From: Trichoplax sp. H2 | Lineage: Eukaryota | Length of the DNA stretch: 64,000 nt | Assembly: GCA_003344405.1 (NCBI GenBank) | Contig: NOWV01000003.1 | Location: forward strand, 1,488,001 to 1,552,000 | Reading direction: 5' to 3' | In this document: positions 59,342 through 64,000 of the stretch, one piece after another | Layout: every line of letters starts with the position of its first letter | Numbering within the stretch: the first letter of the stretch is position 1 | The notes under the pieces: generated by a model | Databases searched by the model: none | What the model saw: only the letters and a program-made list of their open reading frames with translations | What the model was told of the DNA's origin: nothing | Translations under genes and position numbers: made by a program

Positions 59342-62300
59342 GGCGATGATTTATGGATTAGAAAATAGAACAAATCTTAAAAGTCCTTAATCTATATTAT
59401 CGTCACCAAGTATAGTCAACACGGAATCAATACTATTTTAACTTGAGACTACTATCAGAGAAGTAACTGATAATCTATCGTCTATAGTCAATAGTAAATT
59501 TCATTAGCAGCTTGAAGAAATAAACTAAAAAGATGGGTGTCTTATTGTTTTACGACTATTGAAGAAAAACCATTAAATTTTATTATTCTTAGCATTGCCG
59601 AGGGACTGACAGCAGGGTTTTTCTGCTGACTACTTTACTAATGGTTTTACCATTCTTTATCTGTCTATCAAAATTTAGGCCATCTATCACCCTGTTATAT
59701 GGTAATTTAGCTTAATCAATTCCCAGCGGATTTTATTGCATTAACGACTTGATTCAATTCACGCAGTGTCTGCTAAACGTACTTCTTTAATAGATAAATA
59801 ATATATTACAAGTTAGTGATGATAGAGCAGTAGATTATTTATTGAATAATTATCCCTGTAACAGTCTTGTTTATTACACTGGTCGTCCATAGGCTCTACT
59901 GAAAATAGTAACCCCTCTTTTTAACTTCATGATGTTATAGCTTATTCTTCCTTTAAGCCAATACAACACGATTCAAAAACTTGATAACCGCATTGGTAGA
60001 CACTATCATCGTTCTTTTGATCCGTATCAATTCATTACGCTCCATTAGTATAATTCAATTACATTTCACTAACAGTAGAAACTTTTCGCCGCGATTGCTA
60101 AAGCCATGAGTTAGAATAGAGCTTTGTCATAATATTATTTCACCGTCAACAATTGATCGCGATTTCTAGAGTTTAATAAATATTCAATAATAGTTAAAAC
60201 CACATGCTGTGCTCGCAAATAAGACTAAGTGAATGATTGATGTAGATGTTATGAAATCCGAGAAGTACTAAAGAAGAATGCAGCTTTAGTTATGCTGTCT
60301 ATTTACGTCAAAAATCAGAGTTAATGATAATACTAATGGTCTATAATCATAATGACGAATGTACAGCTAAAAGAATCAACTATAAACATTTATATAACTT
60401 TGGGGTCAAACTCGGAAAAGATAGGATCGTTATCATCTAATGAAAAGTTAAAATAGATTGAGTTAAAACTTTACAATGATACTAGATATAACACTTTAAT
60501 ACAGTATATTATACTGCGCATCTATAAATTTCATTAGCTCGACTCTTCTATATACCTTATAGTGATGGTAGAAAGAACTTTCGTTTTCCCAAGAGGCATG
60601 GCCAACTACTGCGCAAAATGATTCTGGGTAGTTTAATTTCCATCAAAAGCTCTACTATTATACGTAAAGTGTATTGTCCGTGATTGAAAATGTGACTCAT
60701 GAATAAAGATTCTATTTATTACTAACCAATCTCGCACGGTAGTTGTTAATTAAGGTTATTAAGCACAGCCTAATTCACCAGATGTATTTTACACTTCCCT
60801 CCTGTATTCACAGGAAAATATATTAAACAGTAAGATAATAACATTTTTAATAACTTGAATTATTACACGAATTCATTTAGAATATATATAGAAATATTTT
60901 TATATATCATGCTATATACATCGTAAGGCGACATTACTTTCCTTGCAATAACAGTATCTGCTAGCGATTTTTGAATGCACATTTACTAAACTCATTCCAT
61001 ACAATATTACCTCGAATCTTGACGTTATCACTATGAATAAAATAACTATGTTGTTTCCAGGAAGTAACAAGTATGATCATGAAATTTCATCTCCCATTAT
61101 TACTATTACTATAAGTAGCGTAGTTAAATAAGGCCAATTTCTTATTTTATCTAACTACTTAGATAAAACAGTCATTTAACGGTCTATTCATCTACCTGTA
61201 AGACTCTACTTTTCAATTTAGCTACTAATCAATAGTGTTATCATTCCTATATTATTAATATATTACCAATCAAATTAGAAATGGTCATAGGTATCAAAAA
61301 GATAAAATTACTTCAAGACAAAACTTTGTTCTACATTTACTAGTATTGAAACGTTTTTAGTATAGTATTTCAGGTAATTCTTATTTCTATACAATAAATT
61401 AATATATACAGTGTCATAAGAACTTATTGGATCGGTATATATATATCTGTTGCAGGAGCAAAAATAATATGATTAACCAATGTATCACGATTAGCGTACT
61501 GCGGACTATAGCCTAGGTTAAATTGGCTCAATATATCACAGCGTATTCCATTAATCGGCAGATCGGTACTCATAAGCCTTTGTGAAATAGACACGATTCT
61601 TTTAAAATGATTAAATTTTGTGATCTTTCAATCTTAGACTACACGTTCTCAAAATAACTGAAAGCAAGCTTAAGTTGTTTAAAATATAAATGTAGTATTA
61701 AACTTCCGGATATAAAAATATTAATAGCATGCCGCACCGTATAATTATGTAATGGTAATTATTAGTATATGTTGCTTGCTATAAATTTATCACATCACTT
61801 CTTTCGCCAGAGTTACCTACTCATCAGATTTAGTTTTTAGCAATCCGATAACGTACAGCGTAGCAGTATATAAGATATGGGCAATGATAAAAATCTTTGA
61901 AACTGATACAGCCATTAACTGCAAATTTCTGTTGGATTCAGATATTTCTTTATAATCTCCTTTTGCAGTGATGAATTTGTAGCAATATTTATGATGAGTA
62001 AATATCTATACAAGAATATTCTACTTTTGTTATTATCTCATATTTATGATCTAGAAAAAAGTTTACGTAGTTTATTATGACATGATTATATAGGAGTAGC
62101 ATAAGGACTTTCTTACATATAAAAGATGAAATAACAACAACCCGCGAATTGATAATAATAGTAACTTAGAATTACTTTATCGATTAGACTTTATTACATA
62201 GTTATTATTTGATTACACTCCCATCTGCCAATACTATTTTCATCCGAAGTTTTAATATAAAATACTTGCATTAACTCAAAATAAACCGTATAGCTTATAA

Positions 62301-64000
62301 TAGCCAAAGTATTACGTTTATTATGGTGCCATTTACACGCTAGATAGAATATAGTATGGCTGTAGCAGAGAACGATGGTGATAAACGATTGATACTGTTA
62401 TAATCAGTAACTACTCTATAAGCAGTAATGAGCATGAATCTAAATATTGCTTATTGTTTCCTTTACTCACAGAATGGAAGCTTACGAAACGGCCTCTTGA
62501 TTTCGATGGCGATTTACTCTTAGTGCGTTATTACATATAATGCAAACATCGTGCTCAAGAAGTTCATAAATGGATATTAATGTACTCAGAATGCATTTTG
62601 TAGATATCGTTTGAAACATCGAAGTTATTAAAAATGAAATTGTAGAAGAGTATTGAGTTGCATTATTAAAATTGGTAGGTCGTAGTGACTTAATGATCAA
62701 AAACGTCGATCAGCTGTCACCGCTGTGTTTACTTACAGTAACCAAACATAGATTAATTAGGAAAACTGGTATGCGAAGAATATTGCATAAAGCTTCCATA
62801 AAACTGTTAGATAAAGCTAGATTAGCATTACTTAGCAAAGATACACCTTGAAAAGAGATGGAAGCTGAATAAGTATAAAATCAGCTATGAGTGTTATAAA
62901 AAAATTGAGTAATAAAAATAAAAATAACCCTCAAGATTTTCCGATAGTCAATTTTTTACCAAGCATTGGAAGATAGGTAAAACATGGCTCATTTCCTTAC
63001 AATTTAATAGATCATAAATAAATTTAAGAAATTATCGTAAATATGGTCATAGAAAATATAAAGATACGGTGAAACCAAAAAATACCATAACAGAAAAATA
63101 AGTAAGATCGTACTCGATAAAAACGGGGATTTGAAAATTAAAAGAACCCATGAAAACATTTGTATTCAAAACACCATTATTTCCAACATAAACTTTTGAA
63201 AATGGGAAAGAATGGTTATACTACTTTTCAGTTAGTTGCAAATAGGACTGATAAAACGATCTTTTTCTGGAATCATTGGAAAGACTACATCAGTATCAGC
63301 TAATCTATATTTATACAAATATGCTAGATATGGATAATTTTGATATTTCTACATTGATCAAAGATAATACTACTTAAATTATGCTTTACCAAAACGGAGT
63401 ATGCTCGAGGTAAAAACTTGTAATATCGGCATTAAATAGTTGATGAGAGCATGGTAACTTGAGAAAACGAGGGTTAAAACGATGAGTGATTTTGATACTT
63501 CTATTGCGAGATTTCTAAAAACGTTATTTATTTGTGAATACCAAAACTGATAAAACACATGTATACTGCATTAAATTGATTACGGAAAATAATGTATTAA
63601 TTACAGATCGTAGTAAACACCATACAGTTTTTTAAATACAGCAAAGATTCGAAAAATATTACATATAACAGTAATTTCGAGCCTCTATCAGAAAAAATTA
63701 ATGAGATTGCAAGTCCAATGTCAATCTCGATAGTAGCTACAATTAGTACAGATTACCCATTGCAGTAAAATAATACCATTATACACTTATTGCGCTAAAG
63801 CTAACATCTATATTACTAATTCAAGAGATTAAAAACTCGATAGACGCGAAATAAACACGATCCAATCTGATAAAGGTTATCGCATTCTATTGATCATAGA
63901 TATGTAAGTATTCCAGCTGGTTATTCAGGGTAGATATTGAAAGCATTATATGTGTATAGTCAGAAAATTTACTAGCTATCAATCTAGCAACGATAGATCA

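Noticed and set aside
59500..63500. Possible degenerate GPCR or other pseudogene fragments, including ORF 62482-62700
   Set aside because: Only short stop-interrupted hydrophobic frames with no family motif I can support. A tBLASTx search would be needed.

Overview
AT-rich, intron-dense eukaryotic (animal) genomic DNA. Many 70-100 bp GT-AG introns and compact intergenic spacers suggest a placozoan such as Trichoplax (inference). I reconstructed nine spliced genes by hand: PSMA7 (5'-partial, +), NUTF2 (-), LSM14 (+), SS18-like (-), TAF4 (+), RSPRY1 (+), TBC1D32/BROMI (+), TOP1 (+) and a secreted fibrinogen-C-like protein (-). The most striking unexplained signal is a set of dense TA-(CAG|CTG|CGG|CCG|CACTG|CAGTG)-TA arrays at the housekeeping promoters. 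Their grammar matches stacked Tc1/mariner (Sleeping Beauty-type) excision footprints, and they differ unit by unit between duplicated or allelic copies within the window. Other points: PSMA7-LSM14-SS18-TAF4 are also neighbours in human (20q13.33); a 39-bp perfect fold-back occurs in only one of two copies flanking an N gap; and there is a family of 36-50 bp CATGG-ended hairpin elements with ~7-bp target-site duplications. The many 'YCTV/YSTV' ORFs in the track are repeat artefacts.
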